From: Neocallimastix sp. 'constans'
Lineage: Eukaryota
Length of the DNA stretch: 64,000 nucleotides
Direction of reading: 5' to 3'
Assembly: GCA_050613775.1 (NCBI GenBank)
Contig: JBODTK010000119.1
Coordinates: forward strand, 372,001-436,000
A program made the translations under genes and the position numbers. The notes beneath the pieces were generated by a model. That model had not been told where the DNA came from, searched no databases, and saw only the letters and a list, made by a program, of their open reading frames with translations. This document shows, in pieces, positions 52,462 through 64,000 of the stretch. Numbering within the stretch: position 1 is the stretch's first letter; the number at the start of each line of letters is the position of its first letter.

Positions 52462-55400
52462 TGTTAAAAAATCTCAATATTTGTTTATTTATAAACTTTA
52501 TTTATTTGAAGCAAAAGGCTTATTTTTTAAGAATACATAATTTAATGTTATTTATACATACAAATACATTCGATGGATCATACATATTTTAATACATTAA
52601 ATACATGTTTTAATATTAACTATATAAAAGAGGCTTATAAAAATAAAAAAATTTTTAGAACTATATTCATGAACTATATAAACTATATATTAATATAATA
52701 TATCCTATTTTATTTATAATAAACTATTTAATATTTAAAATTATAATAAAAGTTGTAATAAAATAAAAATATTAATTAAAATGTTAATTGAATTTATAAA
52801 CTAAAAATAACATCATAGCCTGGCAACTATTCATGAGAGTTATCTTACAATACTATGATCTCGAAGAATGGGTCGATATAGATCATACTCCAAAAGTTCC
52901 CATAGTTAGTGGAACAGAAAGTATAAATGATTTAATTGCACCATATGAGTACAAAATGAAATATGGATTTAAAAACAGATGCCACTTTAAAAAGTTTAAT
53001 AAGAAGCACGTTGGGACCAAAAACACAACAAGATATTCAAGATCCATTTCTTACAGGTTATCAAATTCGGCAAACGTTACAACAAATTCATATTGGAGAT
53101 GATGTGACAAGGAGAAATCAACTAATCGATGAAACTAATGCTTTAAGATACAACCCCAAAACAAGCTTTTCAAGATTTTTAACAAAATTAAGTAAGAATA
53201 TTAATATGATAGAATATATGAATGTTGTAATTACAGATGAGGAAAGGAAATTACTATTATTTAACTCTTTACCAGAAGAATATCAAAGCGTAAATATTTT
53301 TGATCAAAAAGACTGGAAAAGCTGTAAAGAATATACATTAGGGCTTGTAGAACGACTCAAGAAAGTCGAAGAAAGGAAAAAAGGAAAGATGATAGGAATA
53401 CAACATGTATTCAGCACTACGACCCAAAGCCAAGGAAAAGAAAAAGGAGTAAATCAAGACTTTAGAAGATATCCAAAAAGAAATTATGAAAAAGGTAATG
53501 GAGAAGGTAGAAAAACTAATTCTAATATTGAATGTTTCTTTTGCCACAGATTTGGTCATTTTGAAAGAGATTGCAAGATTAAAAGGAAGATGTCACAAGA
53601 ATTCGCCAAGAAACAAGGGAGGCAAGGTAAACAAAAAACAGGCCAATATGACAATAACAGAAACAGACAATGATAAATTAAATCTTAATGATTTATTTGT
53701 TCTGGATTATAACACTTCTTTTGAAAATCCATATAGTGGCAATACAAAACAATGCAATAATGTATTTAATAATAACGTAACTAAAAATCATGTAGAATGT
53801 AGTTGGTGGACTCTAGATTCAGGTGCATCTAATCATATGACTCAAAACAAAAATATACTAATGAATGAAGAAGAACACGTGGAAGAAATAAATTATGCAA
53901 ATGGGAATACAACCAACTCAACACACATTGGAGAGATACAAGGAAATATGAACAAAGAATTATTAAAGCTAAAGGAAGTATTATATGTTCCGGATATTAA
54001 AAGAAATTTAATTTCGATTAGTAAACTAGCAAGGGATGAATATGTAATAGTTTTTATAAAGGAATACGATGACGTATATGCGTATATCCTAGATAAGTAT
54101 TTTAATACAATTTCAAAAATTAAAGCTAGTGATAATGATGTTTTTGAAGTATGTATTAAAAGTAATAATATACTATGCAATAACGTCAACACTAAAGGAA
54201 ATGATATTCTATGGCATCGAAAAATTGGGCACCTGACCTATGGAAACAAAATAGATAAATGTGAGATCTGTATGCAAGCAAAAATGAAGAATGAACCATA
54301 TGGTAAAGCACAGAATAATTCGAGAAAAATTCTTGAATTAGTGCATATAGATCTTGTTGGACCGGCACCACCATCAATTTATGGCAACTGCTATTTCGTG
54401 ACTATTTTAGATGATTATAGTAGATATGGTTGGGTCCTTACAGTAAAGAAGAAGTCGGAAGTATACCAAGTATTTGAAACATGGTATATCAAAATTAAAA
54501 ATAAAACAAATTCAAATATAATATATTTAAGAAGTGATAATGGAACAGAATTCACTTCAAATAATTTTAAAGAAATATGCAACAAATACGGAATCACGCA
54601 ACAATTCACTGTACCAGGAAATCCTCAACAAAACGGTAGAGCAGAAAGACTAAACGGAGTACTTATCCAAATTGCTACCGCAACGTTAATAGATAGTCAA
54701 TTATGTAGAAGATTTTGGGAAGATGCTTTAAAGACAGCTAATTATGTGCATAATAGGGTGCCGCATCATAGAAATAATAACAAAATCCCATTCGAAGTAT
54801 TCTACGAAAAGAAAGTTGACAATAGTAAATTACATGTATTTGGCTGTAAAGTTTACTATTATGAAGTAAATCCAGAAAAATTTAGGAGTAATTCAAGAAA
54901 AGGAATCTTTCTGGGATACGACGAAGACTCAACAGGGTACAGAATATTCGATATTGATAAAATGAAAATATATGTGAAACGTGTGGTAGAATTTCTTGAA
55001 GATCAGCCAGGTAACTTTAACTTTGATTATGTATCTGAAGCAAGGAGATATGAAAATGAAGAAACCGAAACGCAAGATGAAGACACATTAATGAATAACT
55101 TAGAAGAAAGAAATTACTACAACAGAAATGACATAATTAATATTATTCAAGAAAATAAAGAAATAGAAGAAGATCCTCAAGAAGAGAACAATGAAGAGAA
55201 CAGGAATCAAAGAGATAATAACAATGAACAAACAGTAAAAGAAGATATTGTCAATTTAGACATGCAAGATATTCCAAATAATTCAAAAAATGATATCAAT
55301 AAAGATAAAGAAGAAGAAAGTCTTTCATTAAGTCAAAAAGAAAAAGAACATCTTGAGAATAAATTTAAATTAATAGAAGAGAAACTTGAGAACATAAACA

Positions 55401-56036
55401 CGTCGATAAAGCACGGTAATACAAAAACGAACACGCTTTCGTTAGGTGAAGTAAAACAGAAAGAAAAATTAGAAGAAAGTTCAACAAGTAAACAGAACTA
55501 TAACGAAGAAAACAATATTAAAAACAATATAAATATTATTAATGAAAGGAATAAATTAATCAATAATAATAGTGAAGTTATTCTAAATAGAAATGTTAAC
55601 GAAGATATTTATTTTAATAAAGGTAAGGGAGAAAGTATTAACGGCGAAAAAGTATCTATTATAAATAAAAACAAAGATAAAGGTAAAGAAATATTGGAAT
55701 TAGATGACTATGATAAAGAAGAAATTACCATTATAAACAAAAATAATGAAAATGACGCGTTTAATTTAAAAGAAAACATTATAATTGAAGATAATTCAAA
55801 TAAAAATATTTTAATTGAAAATAATTTAAATAAAAATTTAGTTGAAAATACTTAAAATAATAATAATTCATTTGAAAACAATTTGAGTAAAAATAATTTG
55901 AGTGAAAATAATTTGAGTGAAAATAATCCCAATGAAGAATGTTCTCATTTAGATGTAAACAAAGAAATTTTTGAAAATAACAATAAACAAATTGTTAAAA
56001 ATATTATTTCAAATAATAATAATAATAATAATAATA

Positions 56037-56074
<38 letters not shown>

Positions 56075-57474
56075 GAAATTAGTCAAAAAATTAATTTAGA
56101 AATTAATCCAAATAAAGTTAATGCCGAAAATCATTCAAGCATTTCAAAATTAAAAAATAAGAATTCAAGGGAAATAAAAATAAAAACAAATAATACGAAA
56201 AATAATACAAACCTAATGAATCAAATATACCCTGAAAGCAAAATAATTGAAAACAAAAATCCTGAAAATCCTTACAAAAATCCTGTAAAGTTCGATAAAA
56301 ATCCTAAAAAAATCATGTATAAGTTATAAATAAATATAAAATTAATATAAAAAATAATTATTCAGAAAATAATCAAAAATCTAATTTACATTTAACTTTT
56401 AAAAATAAAGACAATAAAAAATTTTCAAAAGATAAAAATTTATTAAAATCGTATAAATTAAAAAATAATTTAATTAATTCAAAAAATAAAATTAATGAAT
56501 CAAAAATGGACAATAATAAAAATTTTGAAAAGTTTAAAATAATTAATAATGATTCGCTAAATTTTAATAAAAATAAAAGTAGAGAATATGAAACAATAAT
56601 GCATAAAGGAAAAAGAAAGGTTAAAAGTTTAAATAAAAATGCTAATGTAAATACAAATGTAGAGGAAAATGTGGAAGGAATTAACGTAAATGACTATAGA
56701 GGAGAAATACAAGAGAACAGTAATAAGAGAAAAAGGGAATGTTTAACGACAATTAACCAAATCAGAGAACCAAATTCATATATGGAAAATTTTAAAAGAA
56801 AAGACAAAGATAAATGGATAAGTGCTATAGAAAACGAATTAAATAATATGAAAGAAAGGAAATTATTCAAAAAGATTGAAAAGGTTCCTGAAGGCGCTAA
56901 TATAATTGATTCCAGGTGGGTTTTCAAAATTAAAAGAGATAGTGAAGGAAAAATCGATAAATATAAAGCAAGGCTAGTAGCAAGAGGCTATACCCAGGAA
57001 TATGGAGAAGATTATAAAGAAACTTTTTCACCAACACTAAAGCAGGATTCATTAAGAATAATAATATCTATTGCTGCAGAAAACAATTTTAACATTCACC
57101 AAATGGATATAAAGGCAGCTTATCTATATGCCGATTGATTTGAAGGAAGACATTTTTATGAAGATACCTGAAGGAGATCCAAATTTTGGAAAAGGATATT
57201 TTAAGTTACAAAAGGCTTTATATGGACTAAAACAGGCTGCAAGAGAATGGAATAATAATATTAGTACTACTTTAAAACATTTGGGATTCTATGAATTAGT
57301 CAGTGAACCGTGTATTTTTATTAAGAAAAAAGATAATAAACTTGTGTGTGTTATAGGAGTATACGTAGATGATTTATTAATTACAGGTAAAGATGATGAA
57401 ATTAATAAAACAGTAAGACTAATTAAAGAAAAATACTCTGTAACTGATATTGGTAAAGCAAATTTTATTATAGG
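52462..57474 (+). mobile_element. Degenerate Ty1/Copia element E (5' LTR ~52462-52805, gag-PR-IN-partial RT; interrupted at 57474)
   Basis: AWQLFMRVILQYYDLEEWV gag start region, CFFCHRFGHFERDC, WTLDSGASNHMT, LWHRKIGH, RSDNGTEF, KARLVARGY, VYVDDLL. Frameshifts or stops at ~52960, ~53635, 55853, ~56330 and ~57135. No PBS seen. Confidence 0.88.
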
Positions 57475-58123
57475 TGTAACGAATGGTACAGGACTTTTGA
57501 AATTGATGGATGTATAATAATATATTGGTAAATAGATAGTAGACGTATAAAAATTACGAAAAACTTATACAATATTTATTTATTTATTTATTGATTATTT
57601 ATTAATTTATTTATTTAAAAATTTATTTAACTATATATTATTCATCCATTTATTTATTTGTTCATTTATTTATTTATTCCTCCATTACATAAAAAAAAGA
57701 AAAGAGAGAGATTTAAAATAATATTATTACAAAATATTTTATAAATTTTGGTAATACATTGATTAGTTAAAAATAATTTTGTGTAACAATAAAATAATAA
57801 TAAAATTTTAGATATGAATATTAATAATAAAAATAATAAAAAAATTTATAATATAAAATAAAATTTATCAAATGTATAATAAAAATATAATAAGAATATA
57901 ATAAAATATTTATTTTATAGCAAAATATTAATAATTAATAATATATATATTTATATAATAATAAAGGAAATATTGATAAAGTTAATAAAGATAATAATTA
58001 ATTAATAAAATAGATTTAAAACATATTTATATGGAGAAATATTAAAATTATTATAATTTAAGGTATTTGGGTAAATACCGTATCATGATGCCCCCGTTAA
58101 GTTTAGACTTCGTCCCTTGAAGT

Positions 58124-61100
58124 CTATACTTCACATAGTCTGTATGGTACAATGTTCTTTAAGTGAACATTTCTCTCAGCGATTTCATTAGTTACAGGAT
58201 CGCAAAGTGTGACCGTGTTAAATTTCTTCTTAACTATTTTCATAGGGCCAAGGAAGAATGGGTCTAATTTTCTTCGGTTAATAAGTTTGACAAGGACAAG
58301 ATCACCAGGGTTATATTCAGCCTTCATTCTCTTCATTTGTTTTCGCCTGTCTTCCCATAACTTGTTAGCAGTATTAATGTTGTTAATGGCTTCTTTAATC
58401 CAGGCATAATGTTTAGTAAATCTACTTATTAAAAATTCTTCTTCACTTTCGTATTCTTCTTTCTTGTCTAAGTTCAGTGTTAATTCAAAGGGTTGTAAAT
58501 CGCGACGTCCATATAACAACTCGAAACTGGAAAACTTAGTAGTTTCATTCTTACAGGTGCGAATAGCCCATAAAGCGCTTGGTAGCATCTCATCCCAAAT
58601 GGTAGTGTTGCGATTACAAAGAATTCTCAAGTACTTGCCAATTTCTTTATTTCTATTTTCGACTTCGCCGTTGGATTCTGGATGGTATGTTGTAATATAG
58701 TGTACATAAACTCCATATAAGTCGAGAAAAGCTTTCGTTTTGTCCGAACAGAATTGGGGTCCATTGTCCGTTATTAAAATCTCAGGCGTTCCATGTCGAG
58801 CAAAGACTTTGGATAGAAATTGGATAACGTCATCTGATTCAATGTTCTTAGTGGGTTCAGCTTCAACCCACTTAGTCAGGTAATCTACTAAAACTATAAT
58901 GTATTGATTACCTTTCTGAGTAACTGGTAGAGGTCCTACAATGTCTAGACCTACCTTGGTAAATGGAAGACCGGGTTTCGTGGCTGTATCTTCAGGTTGA
59001 TAGTTAAATGTTTGTGGCTTAAAGAGTTGACAAGTTTTACAGGTCCTGACCATGTATTTAACATCTTGTATCATGTTGGTCCAATAGTAATCTCTTTTCA
59101 AGCGGTTGTATGTCTTGAAAGTACCTTCGTGACCGATACCATGGGCCTTAAGAATAAGTTTGACTTTTTCCTCTGGGTTATCTATAACTTTTCTTAGCAT
59201 TCCATTGTCTTTATAAAATTTTTCTCCATTTATTAAAGTAAACTTGTCTTTTAATAGATTTAATAAGTTGTTTTCATCTGTTTCACTATTTACACTCACG
59301 GTTGTAGTTGCTAATATATCGCTTTTGATGGATGGCATCCTCGAGAGAGCGTCTGCGATAACATTCTTTTTACCAGGTTCATATTGAACACGAACCTTCA
59401 ACATTGATAAGAGTAATACCCAGCGCGTTTGCCTTGCGTTGTTGGGTTCTTTGGAGGTGAATAAACTAACTAGTGGTTTGTGGTCTGTATAGAGGATAGT
59501 GGAACAGTTATTGCTAGAGATGTAAGGTTTGAATTTCTTTACGCTATAGAATGCAGCTGTTCCTTCTAAGTCGGTGATAGAGTAATTCTTTTCGGAAGGT
59601 TTTAATGAACGGCTAATGAAATGGATGGGTTTTTCCTTACCATCTTCCTCTTTTTGTAATAGAACGCCACCGATACCATCATAAGAGGCGTCTGTACGGA
59701 TGATGAAAGGCTTTTCGAAGTCAGGCATAATTAATATAGGTGCCTTCACAAGTCTATCTTTAAGTTCTTGGAAGCTATTTTCTTGTTCTGTATTCCATTC
59801 GAAATCAGTACCCTTTTTCAGCAGTTTATATAGTGGTCTAGCCATCTTCGCAAAGTTGAATATAAATTTTCTGTAGTAGCCTACAGCACCTAAAAAGGAC
59901 CGTAGTTGAGTTATATTCTTGGGAGGCAACCAGTTGTGAATAATTTCAGTTTTTCCTGGGATTGGAGCAACTCCTTCAACTGATAAAATATGTCCAAGAA
60001 GTTCTACTTTTTTCTTGAAAAAGTGACATTTTTCTAAGTTTATCTTCAATCCGTTGTTCTTGATTATTGTAAAGACTTTTCTTAAATCTTGGATGTGTTC
60101 TTCAATTGATGGTGAGAATATCACCAAGTCATCTATATAAACGAACATGCATACTCCAATTAGCGGGAAGAAAATTCTGTTCATTTCCCTCTGAAAAGTA
60201 CCAGGAGCATTGCATAGTCCGAACGGCATCACCCGGAATTGGTAGTTCCCAAACATAGTGGTAAAAGTGGTCTTGGGAATGTCTTCTTTATTCATTGGAA
60301 TTTGGTGAAAGCCGGAGAATAAATCTATAGTAGTAAAGACCATAACCTTCCTTCCAATAGAAAATAAAATACTATCGATAATTGGTAACGCGTAGGAATC
60401 TTTGATGGTAACATTGTTCAGCTTACGGTAGTCCACGCACATCCTCCACTTTTTATTTTTCTTGAGGACGAGTACTACTGGAGACGACCAAGGGGAGCTG
60501 GATGGCTCTATCAACTTGTTTTTTATAAGTTTTGTTATTTCTTGCTTTAGAGCTTGAATTTGAACTTTGGACAACCGGTATCCTTTCTGCTTGATCGGCT
60601 TTGCATTTTCTATTAATTGAATGGTATGTGGAAGCAGTTTCGTTGGCTGGAGTTCATCAATTTTGATTGCTAAGATGATGATGAATTCATGAAATAGTGA
60701 GTTAACTTTTCTTCTGTATTTTCTTGGTAATTCATCCAATACTTTGTTCAACAACTCTTGTTTCTTTAAGGGTCCGTCTTTAACTTCTTCAATTTGATCT
60801 GTTTCATCATGGTAGTTCTCATCTTTAACCTTATTTACAAGACAGAAGGCATAAGAGCTTGATGCATCTTTATTGTTGGTAAGATTGTGATTCTCATTAT
60901 CGTCACTCTCCTTCGATTCTTCCTCATCAGTCCCTAAAGGAGACACACGATCCCATGATTCTTCACTGAGCATCTTGCATAAGTGATTGTCGATAGGATG
61001 TACGAATAATTTATTGTCTTTTAATGTATTGAACCCTATAAGTATATCGAAGATATTTTTATCATTTTCAACAACTCTAAATACATCTTTAATTGTGGTA

Positions 61101-61975
61101 TCCCCAATTTTGACATTCAATAGATAGAGTTCTGAATCCAATTTCTTCTCAGAGAAAATTTGTACAATATTATTATTTGTGTACCCCATTGGTACCAAGT
61201 TTTGTTTTTCTTTTATCCTTGTTAAGTAATTCTTTGTCACCAAGTTTAAGCTAGCACAGGTATCCAAGAAAGCTATACCTTCAATCCCATAAACATAACA
61301 TTTTATACTGGCGATATCACTTCTTGAAATAGTGGATAGAACTATTTCGTTTAGAGATTGTCCTTGAGTATTGCTGTCCTTTAGCTTAAGTAGTTTAACT
61401 AGTTCCGATCTAAGCTTAGGACTTATATCTAATAGCTGTGTGATGGAGATATTAGCTAGTTTGTTGTTTAAGTCATCAGAGATATCATAACTGTTCTTTC
61501 CTTCCATCAAGGCTATATGTTTTTCGGTAGATGTCCTTTTAGATTTGACTTCTTCAGCTTTATCACTAGGAAGTTTTCCTTTTGTTACTTCTTTAGATTG
61601 ATCATCTCTTGATGGATGAGTACTTGTTTCAGTTTCTTCTATTATTTCTTTTTCTTTATCTAATTTGGTTTTTCTTTTCACGGACTTGATGGATGGCTGA
61701 GCTATCACAGAAAGGTCAATTTCTTCAAGCTTTTCTGTAGTAGTAGGTGTAGACACTGGTGATTCAAACTCCATAGTAGTATCCTGAGTATTTGTTGCAG
61801 CTTTTCCTTTCCTAGATTTTTCTTTTGAAGAGTATGGGGTTTCTGCCATACTATTATTCTTTTTCTTTCTTCTTACTACCGCTGCTAATATGTCATTATT
61901 TGGAACTAGTGGTAAATGGTTCTTTTCGTTGGTTTGATTAAAGGAAGTTTCCCTTCTTCCTTTTACCAGTTTAAA
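58124..61975 (-). CDS. Gypsy F pol (PR-RT-RH-IN), in the -1 frame relative to gag
   Basis: Frame is open from 61975 through ATG 61849. FLDTCAS, VYIDDLV, TDASYDG, HGIGH..CKTC, TDNGPQF, ESNGEVENRN. Confidence 0.93.
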   Translation of the reverse strand, partial: FKLVKGRRETSFNQTNEKNHLPLVPNNDILAAVVRRKKKNNSMAETPYSSKEKSRKGKAATNTQDTTMEFESPVSTPTTTEKLEEIDLSVIAQPSIKSVKRKTKLDKEKEIIEETETSTHPSRDDQSKEVTKGKLPSDKAEEVKSKRTSTEKHIALMEGKNSYDISDDLNNKLANISITQLLDISPKLRSELVKLLKLKDSNTQGQSLNEIVLSTISRSDIASIKCYVYGIEGIAFLDTCASLNLVTKNYLTRIKEKQNLVPMGYTNNNIVQIFSEKKLDSELYLLNVKIGDTTIKDVFRVVENDKNIFDILIGFNTLKDNKLFVHPIDNHLCKMLSEESWDRVSPLGTDEEESKESDDNENHNLTNNKDASSSYAFCLVNKVKDENYHDETDQIEEVKDGPLKKQELLNKVLDELPRKYRRKVNSLFHEFIIILAIKIDELQPTKLLPHTIQLIENAKPIKQKGYRLSKVQIQALKQEITKLIKNKLIEPSSSPWSSPVVLVLKKNKKWRMCVDYRKLNNVTIKDSYALPIIDSILFSIGRKVMVFTTIDLFSGFHQIPMNKEDIPKTTFTTMFGNYQFRVMPFGLCNAPGTFQREMNRIFFPLIGVCMFVYIDDLVIFSPSIEEHIQDLRKVFTIIKNNGLKINLEKCHFFKKKVELLGHILSVEGVAPIPGKTEIIHNWLPPKNITQLRSFLGAVGYYRKFIFNFAKMARPLYKLLKKGTDFEWNTEQENSFQELKDRLVKAPILIMPDFEKPFIIRTDASYDGIGGVLLQKEEDGKEKPIHFISRSLKPSEKNYSITDLEGTAAFYSVKKFKPYISSNNCSTILYTDHKPLVSLFTSKEPNNARQTRWVLLLSMLKVRVQYEPGKKNVIADALSRMPSIKSDILATTTVSVNSETDENNLLNLLKDKFTLINGEKFYKDNGMLRKVIDNPEEKVKLILKAHGIGHEGTFKTYNRLKRDYYWTNMIQDVKYMVRTCKTCQLFKPQTFNYQPEDTATKPGLPFTKVGLDIVGPLPVTQKGNQYIIVLVDYLTKWVEAEPTKNIESDDVIQFLSKVFARHGTPEILITDNGPQFCSDKTKAFLDLYGVYVHYITTYHPESNGEVENRNKEIGKYLRILCNRNTTIWDEMLPSALWAIRTCKNETTKFSSFELLYGRRDLQPFELTLNLDKKEEYESEEEFLISRFTKHYAWIKEAINNINTANKLWEDRRKQMKRMKAEYNPGDLVLVKLINRRKLDPFFLGPMKIVKKKFNTVTLCDPVTNEIAERNVHLKNIVPYRLCEV

Positions 61976-62835
61976 GACTTATTTTCTTTTTGAAGTTGGC
62001 CTTTTTCTTCCATCTCTGCTAATTCCCTGAAAGAGTAAGGACATTGGTTTAAGTAGTGTCCCACTTGACCACATTTATAGCATTTTCTATTATTTTGTTG
62101 ATGTGTGTTTGAATTATCTTGGCGTCTTCTAGTCTGTTCTTGATTTGACTTCAGTTTATTTTCTTTTACATACCTATAATCGCTTCGGTCGTTATCCCTT
62201 GTGTTGTATTTTCGGTTACCAAAGCCCTTGAATGGATGACCTCCGTAGTTGACTTTATAATAATAAGGTTGGTTGGATTGAAATGTTGCTAAAACAGTTT
62301 CAGGCTTACGTAGGAAGTTTTCTTCAGCCCTTTCGGCTAGTTCGGCTTCTTCGAAGGCATCCTCCAGATCATAACACCTTTGGGTGATTACTTGAGACCT
62401 TGCATAAGGTCTACTAGCAATGGATTCAATGTAATCGTCTACCGTAATGAAAGATTGGTATAGTTTGGAAAGACTATTATAAAGCTTTTTGTACCTCCAG
62501 TTAAAGTTTTGAATACTTTCACCCTTTCTGATTCTAAGTTTCTGGAGTCTCTTGCATTTTTCCTGGGGAGTAACTTCAAGTGCATCTTCTATAGCCTTTT
62601 TCATCTGGTCGATGGATGGATACTTCTTTCCCCCTTCTTCGTCGGTAGTTACTAAGTCTTGTAGTATACCTCTTAGTTTGCCTTCCACACATTCCATAGC
62701 CCAGGAATGTATGTTCATAGGTTCAGTGATGTTTGCTAGTCTCATGATCCTAGCAAATTCATCACCCCAAGAATCCACATCTCTTGCTGTTTCGTTTAGA
62801 CGAGGTAGAATCTCTTCGAGTTCCCTGATCTTCAT
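61963..62835 (-). CDS. Gypsy F gag
   Basis: 290-aa ORF with a CYKCGQVGHYLNQC knuckle. Confidence 0.92.
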   Translation of the reverse strand: MKIRELEEILPRLNETARDVDSWGDEFARIMRLANITEPMNIHSWAMECVEGKLRGILQDLVTTDEEGGKKYPSIDQMKKAIEDALEVTPQEKCKRLQKLRIRKGESIQNFNWRYKKLYNSLSKLYQSFITVDDYIESIASRPYARSQVITQRCYDLEDAFEEAELAERAEENFLRKPETVLATFQSNQPYYYKVNYGGHPFKGFGNRKYNTRDNDRSDYRYVKENKLKSNQEQTRRRQDNSNTHQQNNRKCYKCGQVGHYLNQCPYSFRELAEMEEKGQLQKENKSLNW

Positions 62836-63598
62836 TTCTTTAGTTTTTTTTTTTTTTCTGTTTTATTTTATTTGCTTTATTATTATTATTATTATTTCGT
62901 TTATAATATTTTATTTAATCTTCTTTCTTTTTTACTATCTATTAATGTTTCATATTATTATACTTTCGTCCTACATAGCTCGCCAGAAATTATGGTACAG
63001 GACTTTTGAAATTGATGGATGTATAATAATATATTGGTAAATAGATAGTAGACGTATAAAAATTACGAAAAACTTATACAATATTTATTTATTTATTTAT
63101 TGATTATTTATTAATTTATTTATTTAAAAATTTATTTAACTATATATTATTCATCCATTTATTTATTTGTTCATTTATTTATTTATTCCTCCATTACATA
63201 AAAAAAAGAAAAGAGAGAGATTTAAAATAATATTATTACAAAATATTTTATAAATTTTGGTAATACATTGATTAGTTAAAAATAATTTTGTGTAACAATA
63301 AAATAATAATAAAATTTTAGATATGAATATTAATAATAAAAATAATAAAAAAATTTATAATATAAAATAAAATTTATCAAATGTATAATAAAAATATAAT
63401 AAGAATATAATAAAATATTTATTTTATAGCAAAATATTAATAATTAATAATATATATATTTATATAATAATAAAGGAAATATTGATAAAGTTAATAAAGA
63501 TAATAATTAATTAATAAAATAGATTTAAAACATATTTATATGGAGAAATATTAAAATTATTATAATTTAAGGTATTTGGGTAAATACCGTATCACGAA

Positions 63599-64000
63599 TG
63601 TTGAGGTTCATATTAGAAAAGGAGTGTGAACATTAAATAAATAGATAAATTAAATAACTATTAAATTACACTAAAAGAATTTATCATTACACATTATAAA
63701 TTTTATTTAAAGAACTATTATTAAAAATATTTATTATTTATAAATTATATAATTATTTTATTGTTAAAAATAACTTTATTAATATTAATATTTATTATTA
63801 TAACAATATGGGAAACCTTTCAATTCTTATTCCTATTTCATTATCACTACTATTTCTACTATTTCTTTTCTCAGAAAGGCCCCCTTCATAAAATAATATG
63901 GATAATACATATTTTATATTATTTAATTACATTATTAAAACCAATCATATAAATTAATTAATTACATAAATTTAATATTTAAAATAATAAAATATAACTA
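63599..64000. mobile_element. Probable LTR of a further element G that starts at 57475 and is split by Gypsy F
   Basis: Removing F rejoins TGTAACGAA (57475-57483) to TGTTGAGGTTCAT... This is not Copia RT coding sequence and begins with TG exactly where the E RT stops. Confidence 0.5.

Larger units (their letters stand above)
57484..63594 (-). mobile_element. Ty3/Gypsy LTR retrotransposon F
   Basis: 602-bp LTRs at 57484-58085 and 62993-63594. 4-bp TSD CGAA (57480-57483 / 63595-63598). PBS-like TGGCGAGCTATGTAGG on the minus strand (~62970-62985). acgggggcatca next to the 3' LTR. Confidence 0.96.

Noticed and set aside
53620..53675. Programmed +1 frameshift between gag and pol of Copia E
   Set aside because: The shift falls in an A-run and E has several other lesions, so mutation or sequencing error is more likely.
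63615..63640. agaaaaggag-TG as the PPT and 3' LTR of Copia E
   Set aside because: The following sequence does not match E's 5' LTR, and the RT C-terminus and RNase H are missing.

Overview
Extremely AT-rich, intron-containing eukaryotic DNA. The flagellar genes, poly-Asn tracts and A/T-run introns point to a zoosporic anaerobic gut fungus (Neocallimastigomycota; inferred). The left ~21 kb is a gene block: a secreted Ser/Thr-rich protein (partial), a small intronless subtilase-propeptide-like protein, SPAG6/PF16, a Sec7-PH ArfGEF, CFAP58 and a 6-exon SPF27/BCAS2 gene that the ORF track misses. The right ~43 kb is a transposon nest. It holds a degenerate Copia remnant; Copia A (23190-41645), which carries a chromovirus-type Gypsy B (24998-31552) and Copia C (33032-39250); a 7.8-kb Mutator element (42291-50120, 9-bp TSD) with a 4.2-kb internal repeat array; Mutator MITE/TIR fragments; and a degenerate Copia E interrupted by a probable LTR element G, itself hit by Gypsy F (57484-63594). 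Main observations: (i) Copia A and C have primer-binding sites complementary to the anticodon arm of tRNA-Lys(CUU), implying half-tRNA-Lys priming; (ii) Gypsy F has a U-UUA-AAC plus stem-loop -1 frameshift signal; (iii) the Mutator element carries a structured, CRISPR-look-alike satellite; (iv) the small propeptide-like gene may be of bacterial origin. All coordinates were read by eye.
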